A DNA stretch of 64,000 nt. Origin: Planctomycetales bacterium (GTDB lineage Bacteria; 4484-113). The notes beneath the pieces were generated by a model. It did not search any database. It worked only from the letters and a program-made list of their open reading frames with translations, and was not told where the DNA came from. The stretch is from positions 172,633 through 236,632 of the forward strand of contig JBBIRS010000002.1 of NCBI GenBank assembly GCA_037441675.1, written 5' to 3'. A program made the position numbers and the translations under genes. Positions 38,478 to 48,883 of the stretch are shown one piece after another; positions within the stretch are counted from its first letter, which is position 1, and every line of letters begins with the position of its first letter.

Positions 38478-38791
38478 AACTTGCCGGTGTAGATGTGTCC
38501 GAAGCTGAAATAATCATACCACACAAGCGAGGTTATTCTTGCCCTTGGATAGAAAATTAAGTAAACTGCAAGACCTCCTAAGATTGCCCCACCTGCGCCT
38601 AATCCTGGTAGGTTGCTTTCATAGCCCAGAAGAACGGTGACAACGCTTGCAATAAGCCCACATAAAATGTAAAAGATGAAATTCCTGAATCTTCCGAGAA
38701 GCCATTCAACGTTGTCCCCGAAAAGCCAAAGGGCATACATATTTCCGAAAATGTGCCAGAAGTTCGCATGCATAAACATTAATGTAAACAT
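38381..38791 (-). CDS. Rhomboid family intramembrane serine protease, N-terminal fragment (frameshifted)
   Basis: HANFWHIFGNMYALWLFG...GAGGAILGGLAVY carries the rhomboid catalytic Ser region. The ORF stops early. Confidence 0.55.
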   Translation of the reverse strand: MFTLMFMHANFWHIFGNMYALWLFGDNVEWLLGRFRNFIFYILCGLIASVVTVLLGYESNLPGLGAGGAILGGLAVYLIFYPRARITSLVWYDYFSFGHIYTGKLWPHIRNISAIWYMVRGSFFSLSFQVSSSASI

Positions 38792-39130
38792 AGTTATTCT
38801 AGCGGAATGGCTGTTCCAGGAACACTATCTACGGCAAGGATTCTCTTAGGAACTTCAGCCCATGTGTTCACGAAACCTTCAATGCCAAGGGGTGATGTCA
38901 GCTGAATGAAAAAACGAAAATGTTGGCGAGAATGAGAAGCTGGTTTACAACCGTCGCCGTGCAACTGGTGCGTAGTCACGAAGTGGTATGCCCATTACTG
39001 TTTGTAATCTAATATACCACTAAACGCACCTACCTTGCAAAATTTTTGTTTCAATTTGAAAAGCCTCAGGCTTCGTGAACCACTGTGGAGTTACTTCGCG
39101 GAGCAAAGTTCTACCTAAGTTTCGGTTAAG

Positions 39131-40393
39131 TTAGAATTTGAAGTTAAAGTCAAACTGCCACCTGCGGTAATCCTTTGGCGCGGAAAGGACTTTCTCATTT
39201 GCAAAGTACGTTAGTCCTAGGGCGGTGTTCTGGGAGAGTTGATAGGCGAAGCTGAATTTGTGACCTTTACCGTCCGTTCCACCACCTATAAAGTCTGAAT
39301 CGCTGAAAGCTCCAACCACCGCATCCTTCTCAAGTCTGCGATACTCCCAACCGAAGCTCCAGCTACCAGGGGCCTTTAACTTTCCAACGGAAATGCCATA
39401 GAGGTAGCCTGTGTCGTTAGTATCTGCGTCCCTGTTCCTGACGTAGTTTCCGTAAATGCTAGTGGGGGTCTCTCCTGCGTTGAACCCGAATTCGCCGAAA
39501 AGCTCGAACTCATTGAAGTCGTTAGTGTAGTAAACATCCTTTACTGTTGGATCAGGGTCTGCGGTCATCGTGTTTCCAAAACCCTTGGTGGAATCTACCA
39601 AGCCCTTGTTTCCCTTCATATTGGAGTAATTATGGACGCCAGCGCCGAGCGTGAACTGGCTTCCGCCTGCGGTCTTGTGAGTAACTCCAGCCTGTAAGGA
39701 AAGTATCTTTGTGTCGGATGCGCCGCTTCTCTCTTCCGCCCAGAGGTAGCCCGCGTTAAGGAAGGGTTTCGTATTCTCGTCGGAACTCGCAATCTTCAGC
39801 GCAATTCCCTCGGGAGTCAAGTCGCTATCCCAGAGTAGCTGACTACCGCCAGGGATGAAAAAAGGATTGTTCATCTTTCCGCCAATCACGCGAACCGCAG
39901 CAGTCTTGCTAGGATGCCAATCGAAGTAGGCTAGGTCAAGCCCAAAATCCTTTCTGGTAAATCCACCTCCCAAAGTTTGGTTTGTAGAAACGGGGTCAAA
40001 TCCGCCTGTGGAAAGACGAATTCCCAAATCCACTTGGTCGTTCACTTTGGCTCCAATCCCAAGCCTTAGCCTCATCCTATCCCTCTGGCGAAACTTTTTA
40101 TCCTCCTCGTCAATTCCTTCAAATCGGAAACGGTAATCGCCTGAAATCTTCAACTTTTCAGCCCAAGCCGGAGCAAGTTTTACCTCTTCCTGCTTCTTGG
40201 AAACGCTTGCAAGCTCCTCCTCTAGCGCTTTGAGCCTGGCGGAAAGGTCTTCAATAATCTCTTTCTGTTCCTCTATAATTTTCCTAAGCTCTGTGATTTC
40301 CTCTTCCACATTGGAGGTTGGCTCTTCTTGTGACAACGCAGGAATGGAAACAAATAGTGCAATAACCAATGGTATAAGGTATTTCTTTATCAT
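39131..40393 (-). CDS. Outer-membrane beta-barrel porin-like protein with an N-terminal periplasmic coiled-coil
   Basis: Signal peptide, a 60-aa heptad-rich acidic coiled coil, then alternating amphipathic beta-strand pattern ending in a C-terminal FDFNFKF (aromatic terminal residue typical of OM barrels). GGAGGA RBS; last gene of the Mo-enzyme operon. Confidence 0.55.
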   Translation of the reverse strand: MIKKYLIPLVIALFVSIPALSQEEPTSNVEEEITELRKIIEEQKEIIEDLSARLKALEEELASVSKKQEEVKLAPAWAEKLKISGDYRFRFEGIDEEDKKFRQRDRMRLRLGIGAKVNDQVDLGIRLSTGGFDPVSTNQTLGGGFTRKDFGLDLAYFDWHPSKTAAVRVIGGKMNNPFFIPGGSQLLWDSDLTPEGIALKIASSDENTKPFLNAGYLWAEERSGASDTKILSLQAGVTHKTAGGSQFTLGAGVHNYSNMKGNKGLVDSTKGFGNTMTADPDPTVKDVYYTNDFNEFELFGEFGFNAGETPTSIYGNYVRNRDADTNDTGYLYGISVGKLKAPGSWSFGWEYRRLEKDAVVGAFSDSDFIGGGTDGKGHKFSFAYQLSQNTALGLTYFANEKVLSAPKDYRRWQFDFNFKF

Positions 40394-40457
40394 AATTTCC
40401 TCCTTGATTGCTATTTTTCTGCCTTGTTTGCTTTATGTGAAAAGATGAAAGGATTGC

Positions 40458-43043
40458 TTATACCAAATTATCCAACTTTTGCACTAAGGTGAGCTTAGAG
40501 TCTATAAAGTGCTTTTCCACGGTAACAACGGTATCCATCCACCTTTGTTGGCCACCAATCGGCTCAGGGCTGTTCGGAATAATCCAGTTAGGATGAACAC
40601 CGTGATTCCCTTTCCACCAAATACGACCAAGGTCGGGCTCGTCATCCCTTCCAAAGGGGCTCTTCACGCCAGATGCATAGCGACCGTACTGCCAGTGACC
40701 TAAATGATGCGAAACGGCTATGACGCCTGGAATTATACCCTCGGTAATTCTTGCCTTAGTAACAATCTCTCCGATTTGGGACTTTATCCGTATCGTATCG
40801 CCATCGCTTATGCCAAATTTTCTCGCTGTTACAGGATTTATCCACGCGGGATTGTCATGGTAAATCTCGGTCAAATACTTGCAGTTTTGGGTTCTTGAAT
40901 GCGTCTGAGTAACGAACTTGAAGGTCGTAAGAACAAGGCTTTTCCCGTCAAGATTTTCGTGTTCTGGAATTGGCATCCATGAAGGAATAGGTGGAAACCC
41001 CTTATCCGCCAAGAATTGGGAGTATATTTCAAACTTGCCGGATTTGTTGATTTTATCAGGCGCAAATCCTTTGTAGGCAACGCCATCTATCATCTGCCCT
41101 ACGTACTTCTTATAGGCACCGGGAGTAGTCGTATAATCCTGTCCTGGCTCCCCTTTCCATATAACGCCAGTTTTCTCATCCACGATAGTACCCTTTAGCT
41201 CATCCTCGGAAAGAACTTTTTCAAAACTGCGATAGATGGGTTTAGCGTTCTTGTCATACCAAACACCGTATTTTCTCATAAAGTCAAAACCGCCAGCTTC
41301 TCTAACGCCTGGCGTGTTTCCGCAAGCATCACGCACAAACTCCTCGTGTGATGCAAATCCGAGGGGTCTGCCGACCATACCTGCAAGCTCGCAGGCAACA
41401 TCAGCAAAGTCTCTCGCTTCTCCAAGCGGGTTTATGGCAGGTTGCCGAATGTAATACTCCGGAATCTGGTCGTAGGAAACATGGTCTTCCAATGTCCATC
41501 TTTCTGGATAAGTGGCATCAGGAAGAATCAAATCAGCAAGATGCGCTGACTCGCTATAGTAGGGCGTAACAGCAACGTGAAAAGGAACCAGCTCCTCATC
41601 CTGAAGAACCTCTATGTTTCCCTGACAGTTGCCATTTACGTATACAGGATTGTAACAGTATGTTATATAGACATCTGGTCTGCCGTTCTTGCCTTCCTTT
41701 ATCATCCTAAAGACCTGATTGCTAACGTTATGAGTGGGATAGGCTATTCCCTCACCATCAAGGATGTTTAACGCCTTAGGCTTCTCCACGAAGTGGGGTT
41801 CGGGAAATGTGGATACCCACTTTGGCGCGACTGGTTTACACCTTCCGCCTTTAACGTCAATATTTCCGCAGAGAGCCTCCAGCATCAAGATTGCCCTTTC
41901 CGTTTGAACTCCGTTGTAGTGGGCAATCGCGCCACGATAGGAAACAATCGTTCCAGGTTTAGCTTTAGCGTAGGCAAGAGCAAGGCTACGAATCTTTTCC
42001 GCCTTCACACCACTAACGCCCTCCGCCCATTCTGGTGTGTATGGTGCCAGATGCTCCTTGAGCTGGGGAATTGTTACATTCGTCCACTTGTTTATGAACA
42101 ACTCATCATAAAGACCTGCTTCAATCACCGAGTTCGCCATCGCTAGCACAACTGCTAAATCCGTGCCAGGCTTAATTGGAATCCATTCGGTTGATTTGGC
42201 AGCGGTATTTGAAAGCCGAACGTCAAAGGTGTAAAGCGGAACGCCTCTTGATAGAGCGGATGTTACTCGCTGATTAAAAACATTGTGGGAAGTATGAGTC
42301 TCAAAAAAATTGCAACCAAAGTTGAGTATAAGGTTTGTATTTTCAACATCATTAACGTCGTAATGCTTGCCCCACGTTAGCTCCTGAGCAACCCACTTGC
42401 CGCCTTCGCAAATAGAGGTGTGATTACCAATGGTTTCCGAGCCAAGAGCCTTCATAAATATATTTTTGAGGATGGTTGCGTGACTTCCTTTCATTCGGCC
42501 ATAGTGGAACATAATCTTCTCGGGGGTGCCCTCATCCAAATTCTTCTTTATCCTTTCAGCGACAATTCCAAGGGCTTCATCCCAGGAGACTCTTTCCCAC
42601 CGCCCTCCACCCCTTGGGGTTCCGTTGACCCTTCTCATCGGAAAGAAGATTCTGTCAGGGTTGTAAACTTGGCTAACAGCTCCATGCGCCTTATTGCATA
42701 TTTTGCCACGAGTCCTGAGGGAGTTGGGATTTCCCTCCACGTGAGTTAGAATGCCATTTTTAACGAAAAACCAGAGGGAGCATCTAGTCACGCACTGCCA
42801 ACAGGCAGAAGGAACCACACCGGGAGGAGGCTCGATCCACCCGTTAACTCCCTGCGAGTTAGAGTAACCACTAGCTGGCGGTGGCGAGACTAGATTGGAG
42901 GCTCCGAATGCTATGCGCCTTGCTAATGCACCTCCACTGAAAATCAACGGAATTATTGCAGATAAGCCACTTCTCAGAAACTCCCGCCTGTTAAATTCCC
43001 TTATGTTAAACGCACAATCATTCAAGCTTCTGTTGCGCTTCAT
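40458..43043 (-). CDS. Tat-exported molybdopterin (bis-MGD) oxidoreductase catalytic subunit (Psr/Phs/Ttr/Arr-like)
   Basis: Twin-arginine leader (NRREFLRSGLSAII...ALA). N-terminal FeS0 cysteine cluster (CWQCVTRC...C). About 860 aa with molybdopterin domains II-IV. GGGAGGTG RBS. It overlaps the FeS subunit gene by 26 nt. Confidence 0.8.
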   Translation of the reverse strand: MKRNRSLNDCAFNIREFNRREFLRSGLSAIIPLIFSGGALARRIAFGASNLVSPPPASGYSNSQGVNGWIEPPPGVVPSACWQCVTRCSLWFFVKNGILTHVEGNPNSLRTRGKICNKAHGAVSQVYNPDRIFFPMRRVNGTPRGGGRWERVSWDEALGIVAERIKKNLDEGTPEKIMFHYGRMKGSHATILKNIFMKALGSETIGNHTSICEGGKWVAQELTWGKHYDVNDVENTNLILNFGCNFFETHTSHNVFNQRVTSALSRGVPLYTFDVRLSNTAAKSTEWIPIKPGTDLAVVLAMANSVIEAGLYDELFINKWTNVTIPQLKEHLAPYTPEWAEGVSGVKAEKIRSLALAYAKAKPGTIVSYRGAIAHYNGVQTERAILMLEALCGNIDVKGGRCKPVAPKWVSTFPEPHFVEKPKALNILDGEGIAYPTHNVSNQVFRMIKEGKNGRPDVYITYCYNPVYVNGNCQGNIEVLQDEELVPFHVAVTPYYSESAHLADLILPDATYPERWTLEDHVSYDQIPEYYIRQPAINPLGEARDFADVACELAGMVGRPLGFASHEEFVRDACGNTPGVREAGGFDFMRKYGVWYDKNAKPIYRSFEKVLSEDELKGTIVDEKTGVIWKGEPGQDYTTTPGAYKKYVGQMIDGVAYKGFAPDKINKSGKFEIYSQFLADKGFPPIPSWMPIPEHENLDGKSLVLTTFKFVTQTHSRTQNCKYLTEIYHDNPAWINPVTARKFGISDGDTIRIKSQIGEIVTKARITEGIIPGVIAVSHHLGHWQYGRYASGVKSPFGRDDEPDLGRIWWKGNHGVHPNWIIPNSPEPIGGQQRWMDTVVTVEKHFIDSKLTLVQKLDNLV

Positions 43044-43875
43044 CCTTTATACACCTCCCGTTCTGGTAAACGCCTTTGAGCTCCTCTTCAGTCATCCCAA
43101 TGTAAAAACACTTCGGTTCTGTGTTGATGCTTTCATCTCTGTATCTAAGGCTAGGCAAAGTGAGAATACTCTTGCCTTCCCTTCTTGCACTGGCAAGCGC
43201 CTTTGAAATGTCGCTACTTGGATCATTCAAGTTCCCGAAGAACCGAGCGCTATGGGGGCAGGCTTTCACGCAAGCAGGCTTATCACCAGAATCCACTCTA
43301 TGTACGCAGAGGGAGCATTTATTTGCCCGGTATCCGTTCTCGGTCTCAACGAGAGACCTTACCTGGTACGGGCAAAGGGCAACGCAGGCGCCGCAACCGA
43401 TGCATCTATCGTCGTATGCGTCCATCAAGCCGTTATCAACCAGAACTAAGCCATCTGGACGCTTGTAAGTCGCTCGCTTTTCATACTCAATCTTCTCACC
43501 GTTTGGTGCAATGTAAAGCGCCTTCTTTGGCTCCACGGGACACCTGCTAATGCAGATTGGCCTCTCGCAATGGTTGCAAAGCCAGGGAAGGAATAGCCTC
43601 TTCACTGAGGGGAATTTGCCCTTCTCGTGGATTATGACTTGGTTCCTGAAAACTCCCAGTGGAACATCAAATTCCTCTTTGCAGGCAACCGCGCAGGCAA
43701 AACATCCCTTGCATCTATTAAGGTCTATGAGAAATCCATAACGGGGTTTCTTTGCACTTTTCTCTTTGGCAGTATCTGGGGCTATTACACTTTCAACCAG
43801 AACCGCCGCAGAACCCATCGCCAGGGCGCCTTCCTTGATGAACTGCCTTCTTGTTATTGAAGTTACTTCATCCAT
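43018..43875 (-). CDS. Tat-exported 4x[4Fe-4S] ferredoxin-type electron-transfer subunit (TtrB/PsrB-like)
   Basis: Tat leader (TRRQFIKEGALAMGSAAVL). Four Cys clusters (CKGCFACAVAC, CNHCERPICISRCP, CIGCGACVALCP, CSLCVHRV...CVKACP). Confidence 0.8.
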   Translation of the reverse strand: MDEVTSITRRQFIKEGALAMGSAAVLVESVIAPDTAKEKSAKKPRYGFLIDLNRCKGCFACAVACKEEFDVPLGVFRNQVIIHEKGKFPSVKRLFLPWLCNHCERPICISRCPVEPKKALYIAPNGEKIEYEKRATYKRPDGLVLVDNGLMDAYDDRCIGCGACVALCPYQVRSLVETENGYRANKCSLCVHRVDSGDKPACVKACPHSARFFGNLNDPSSDISKALASARREGKSILTLPSLRYRDESINTEPKCFYIGMTEEELKGVYQNGRCIKDEAQQKLE

Positions 43876-44282
43876 AGTGAAATTCCTTGTGATAAGAGAC
43901 TCTTATTATAAGTTAATATTATAACAAATATTCATTCAATCATCCAATATTTCGCAGAGAATTTAACAGTCATTCGGCTTAGTCTCATATACCGTGAACG
44001 GAAAGCTTAGAAAGCAATAGCGTTATCATAGAAAGCTCGAACTAGATTTTGATTATTTAGACCTTAGTGATCATTAAAGTTGACGCCAACCAAATCCATC
44101 AACTCAGTCGCTAGTCTACTCATAAAAATAAACCTATTTACAAAACACCAAGTGACTGGTTCGACGGGGACTTCTTTTTATGAGGTGTGTGTAATTTACG
44201 AAAAGCTTAAATTATCGTTATTGTGGAAAAGGACATAGGCGAGGACCAGCCCAAAGCTGGCAAGCGTCCGTGATCCAAATAG

Positions 44283-44350
44283 AGGTACTGTGGGGTGCGA
44301 ACTCGTATCGCGCTGAAGCGGCGGGGCGCAAGTCCCCACCCTACAGGGTC
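44283..44350. repeat. Copy C of the dispersed GC-rich repeat (reverse orientation: GACCCTGTAGGGTGGGGACTTGCGCCCCGCCGCTTCAGCGCGATACGAGTTCGCACCCCACAG)
   Basis: It matches the CTGTAGGGCGGGG...CCCCGCC hairpin and the CGCGATACAAGTTCGCGCCC unit of copy B. Confidence 0.4.
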
Positions 44351-44379
44351 AAAACGTCACCACGTAATTCAAATACTAA

Positions 44380-45326
44380 TTGTCATTTGCAGTGAATTGG
44401 GCGAAGAATGCGGACTTATCCGCCCCGCCGAAGAAGTTCATCCCCACCGTCACGGTCGTTCTATCGTCAACTTTGTAGCTCACCTCGGGTTTGAAGGTTG
44501 AATGCATAGGCGTTCAGACGTGGATAAAACATCACCGCGCTCTGGAACACCTTGCCAAACTTCATCGCCGGTTGACGCCAATAACCCCGATTAGCGTAGA
44601 ATTAGGCGTCCCAATCACCGTGCTTCCTTCTGATTTTGAGGGCGAGTTCAATGTTCCCCACTTTCGGCTTTGGGCGGAGGTAGGAGCGGTCGGGAATCTG
44701 CGGTATCGGGTCAAAGTAAAGCACGCGGCTCCCATCAGGCACTTTATCCTTCGTGAAGAATGGCACTGCGATAATCTCAAAGCTCGTCTCGCCAGAGTAC
44801 TAGTTCAACTTGAGAGCGTCAACACCTGGTTTAAGAAAGTCAAGCGGCATTCCCGGAAGAAGAGCGTCCCAGTTCTTAGGCCAAACCTCTGCGATGAAAA
44901 AGAGGTCGCCTACTCCCCAAGTGATTCACTGCCTGCCATATCGCATATCCCACTTCTCCGCATAGTAACCAAATAGCTTCACGCAAATCCCCCTTCCACG
45001 CTCCCTCAGTGGCATCTTGATAAAGGTCTAGTTTAAAGAAGGCACGATAATCGGGGAAGTATGGCAGGGGAAAGCTCTCAAGGCGAAGACGCTCTTCCGC
45101 GCGCATTAGCTTCTGTTCAGATGCGCTCTGACCAGGGTAGTCAGCTGGATTTGCTCCTCCAATGCGAGCTGAGTAATTGCTCTGCCAGAATCCATGAACC
45201 TCAACCGCCATAGCTTGCCCTATTGCTTGTGGAGTTAGAATAATTGTTAAACCCACTAATAGGACAATCTTGGCAGGAACTCGTTTCATCATTGAAGCCA
45301 TTACTGCGGCGGGCGCTAAAGATTTT
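44380..45326 (-). pseudogene. Remnant of a DUF1302-family outer-membrane beta-barrel gene (multiple frameshifts and in-frame stops)
   Basis: An intact-looking N-terminus (MKKSLAPAAVMASMM...AVEVHGFWQSNYSARIGG...DYPGQSASEQKLMRAEERLRLES) and a C-terminal barrel fragment (VSYKVDDRTTVTVGMNFFGGADKSAFFAQF). Coding potential is scattered over three frames, with a TAG at about 44801. Confidence 0.5.
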
Positions 45327-45499
45327 TTCATGAATGCCGATGTTGTACTTAATTCCGCTGAACGTAACAATTGTTCTGTGCCCAGTCTTCACAGTTCTCA
45401 TCATCCGAAGGGTTGCGGTGGGAATACCCTGTATCGTTTCAATCTTATCCGAGGTGAAGACACGGTAAAGCTCGCCCTGCTTGTCGTAATACTCCTCCT

Positions 45500-46080
45500 T
45501 TAGCGGAGAAAAGTTGCCTTGTCAATCCAGCGAAGAACATAGGAGTATTCCGTTACGTTGCCCTTGGGAATGGATTTAATCATAAAGACGGGATTACCGT
45601 TAAAATTATCATCTTTCACGTACTCGTGTTTGTCTTCGCCAACCTCCCTACCGGAGACGTCTTCATAGTTAAAGTCTGATCCGACAAAACTTGAGCGCTT
45701 ATCATTAGCGGCGATGCGCTTTACCATTCTAACCGCGGGAATGAAAAGCCAGCGGTCGTCGTCCTTGCCAATGTTCTTCCATACCATAAAAGCCGTATCC
45801 CTCAGGTCTCCGGGCTCGCTGAAGTGAATGTAGTACCTCTGCTCACCGCCTTCCTTGATGTCCTTTCGGAGGATTGTCAGCTTGCGAGCTCGCTCCTTTC
45901 CGTCCTTATTGATAAGGCGCATAGAAACCTGCGCTCGCCAATCATCTCCGCCCTAGTAGTAAGCCAAGTAGCTCTTTTTAATAACTTCGTCCGCGTTGAT
46001 TTGCGCTGCTGCTGACGAACTTAACAGGCAAACAGCTAAAGTGGTGAACACCGTCCCTAGTAATACGAAAGTAATGCGTG
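45500..46080 (-). pseudogene. LolA-like/DUF1329 outer-membrane lipoprotein-sorting-like protein gene, interrupted by an in-frame TAG
   Basis: The upstream frame reads MNPRITFVLLGTVFTTLAVCLLSSSAAAQINADEVIKKSYLAYY-TAG-GGDDWRAQVSMRLINKDGKERARKLTILRKD... continuous with ORF 45500-45922. The family is normally partnered with MMPL exporters. Confidence 0.5.
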
Positions 46081-46086
46081 GATTCA

Positions 46087-46305
46087 TCAGTTAGCCTCCT
46101 GTTTGACATGAATGTCTGGGCAGGAACGAAGTCCTCCCCAATAAAGAAACGTCATCATCAGACACCAATTCGTGAAAGCTGACTTGAAAAGATTGAAGCC
46201 TACAAGGGCTGTAAAGAGATACCACCAAGAGCTGACGAAATATCCAAGAGAAAGGGAGAGAAGAACAAAAACTCCATCAATTCCTCTTAGAACTCTTTCC
46301 AACAT
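46087..46305 (-). CDS. DUF2892-like small inner-membrane protein
   Basis: 72 aa with two TM helices, the family-typical R-x-x-R-G-x-x-G N-terminus and a CP motif near the C-terminus. Confidence 0.4.
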   Translation of the reverse strand: MLERVLRGIDGVFVLLSLSLGYFVSSWWYLFTALVGFNLFKSAFTNWCLMMTFLYWGGLRSCPDIHVKQEAN

Positions 46306-46311
46306 TTTTGG

Positions 46312-48650
46312 TTAAACCTCCTTAAAGAAATATTTTTCAAATAGACTAATCACTCCTGGTAGGAGTATGAGCGTGGCAATTCCAGATAAAAGCATAATCG
46401 TGAAGAGATATACACCAACTGTCTCGTAAGAAGTGAGAGGGGCGAATAAAAGGGACGTAAAGCCGATAGCAATTATTACCGCGTTTCGCATAATCGCAAG
46501 GGCAGGACCGTTGAAGATGGAGCCTACAACTTCTCTAGCTGCTCCACCTTCACTTCCTCGCTGTTTGAATCTCTGCAGGAAATGGATGGCGTAGTCCACT
46601 GCGATCCCCAGCGTCATTGAAGAAAGTACAGCTAGTGGCATATCGTAGTCCTTGCCGACGATGCCAATAAAGCCATAGCTCATAGCGATTGTGAAGGTGA
46701 GTGGAATCATTGACGCAAGTCCCCACACTAGACTCCTAAAAAGAAATGCCATTAGGAGAAAGACTATTAGAAATGAGCCCAAGAACGACCTCATCATCCC
46801 CACCACCATTTTCTCTTGCCAAACTACGTTCAGGTAAGTTAGCCCAGCCCATTTTAGAGTAAAGCCCACCGGTGGCGGATACTTTTTCGCAAAGTCTGCC
46901 ACATCTCTCTCAACCGCAGTCATTTTCTGGTTGTCTCCGCTTTTCATCTGCACCCAGATGTTCGCGCTCGTGAATTCACAGTCAACGAAGTTGTCAAGCT
47001 CGTTTGGATCCCCACTGCTTTGAAAGAGAAAAAGAAACTGACTAATCGCATCGGATGAGCCAGGAAGGGAATAAGTTCCCTCCGCTTGCTCGCTTACTTC
47101 GTATCTAACAAGCTTAACAATATCAGCGATTGAAGTGGTTTTACCGATTACCGGTTTTTTGCGCAAGTTTCTCTTGAAGCGCCTCTATATACCGCATAAC
47201 CTCCGGCTCTTTAACGCCGTCAGGTATTCTGCCCCTAAGGACTAGATATGCGCTGTAAGTTCCAGCGAAATTCTCATTCATCAACCATTCCGCAACTCTT
47301 ATCTCGTGGTAAGGCTTGAACCACCTAACGGGATTATCGTTAACGTTGATTCTTGTGATTCCATAGATGATTCCATAGACCGCCAGCGCGGATAGGAAAA
47401 GAGTTATCGCCCAGATAAACTTTGCGTTGCTGAAGCTGAAATGCCCAATCTGATTGAGAAGACCTTTGCTCTGTGGGCATTCCGAAATCCCTATTGGGTC
47501 ATCTATACTTTCTCCACCATCAAGAGCCACAAAAGTATGCTGAAAGGCGTCAGTCCGCTTGAGAGCATTCTCTCATCTTCCCATCAGGAGGAAGAATGCT
47601 GGAATAAACCTCATAGTTAAGAACCATGCAACCATTACTTTAAATGCCACAAACATTCCGAAAACAAAGACAGGCGTAATTAGCGCTAGCCCTAGCGTAG
47701 CGAAGCCCACAGCGGTCGTGAGCGATGTGAAGAACATAGCCACAAAATGAGCGTTTATAACGAACCTGATAGTACTTGGCCTATCATTGAATCTCCCGCG
47801 ACAGTCGTGAAATTCCGAAAGAATATGAACGCTGTCAAGAACCGAAATTGGGAGTAGAAATATTGGAATCATTGAGCTCATTATGTGAACTGTAAAGCCA
47901 AGGCCACTTAAAAGTCCCATCGTCCAGATGATGGAAAGTATGGCGACAATCATCGGAGCAATTATCAGCGAGAGACTTTTGAAGAACCAGAGAGGTATGA
48001 GAAATACCAAAAGACCTGCAAGGGGAGCGGATATCGCCATTTGCAGGAACATTTCATAACCGAACTGATCTTTCGCAATGGGCAGACCCGCTATGTGATG
48101 CTCTTCCTTTACTCCTTCCTCCTTTATGATTCGCTCTATCTCTTTGCTTATGCGGTAGCTTTGGTTCTTTTCCTCAATGGGAATATAAATTGTGAGAGCC
48201 CTTCCATCCTCGAATACAAGCTTTCCAGCGGAAAGGGGGTTACTTAGAATTGTCTCACGCACAGTTTCCGCCTGTTCTCGGGACAAAATCTCACCTTCCA
48301 CAAAGCGAGATACAATTAGAAAACCTCCAGCATTTGTTATGTTGTCTGATGTGCTTGGACTTATCAAATCTTCAATGAGGACGCCGTCAATTTGGGCTAT
48401 TCTCTCGGTGATTCTCCTCAGTCGGTTTAGAGTGTCAGGGGTAAAAACCCCATTTATGCTCTTATCATCAAACACGCCGAGAACTATGAGGTCATTGACG
48501 CCAAAAGTTTCTTTAACCTCCCTATGAAAAAGTCGCAAGGGCTCGTCATAGGGAAGCATATTCTCGGAGTCGGTGTCAATCTTCACGCGGAGGAATCCAA
48601 GGGCAAAAATGGGAGTAAGTAGAAACGAAAGCCAAACTATTAGCCACTGC
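46312..48650 (-). pseudogene. MMPL/RND-superfamily exporter (HpnN-like) gene, broken into at least three ORF fragments and lacking a start codon
   Basis: Fragments 47573-48586, 47141-47530 and 46312-47166 together reconstitute a two-repeat MMPL transporter, with 6 TM helices and a periplasmic domain in each repeat. TM1 (VWLSFLLTPIFALGFLRVKIDTDSENMLP) has no in-frame start after an upstream TAA. Confidence 0.6.
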
Positions 48651-48883
48651 TTTTAAAGGCAGAATTCAACAAGCCAATTTGCCTTTCGCATTTTCACACC
48701 TAAAGCCATCCAAGCTTTACATCCGAGCGAAAAACGCTCCAGGAAAATAGAGCGGAAAGAACAAGGTGTAGCGCAGTCCACGACGTAGAGAACCCAGTGA
48801 AAACCTGAAGACCTAGTAGAACTGTGGCAATTACGAGGAAGAGGCAAAAGCCTGCCAGGCGTTTGCGGGTAAGCCTCAAAGGC

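Noticed and set aside
44491-44976. Plus-strand 161-aa ORF and other short ORFs in 44.3-45.4 kb
   Set aside because: Minus-strand translations of the same DNA show recognisable DUF1302-family segments in three frames. The plus-strand ORF is most likely antisense noise within a pseudogene.
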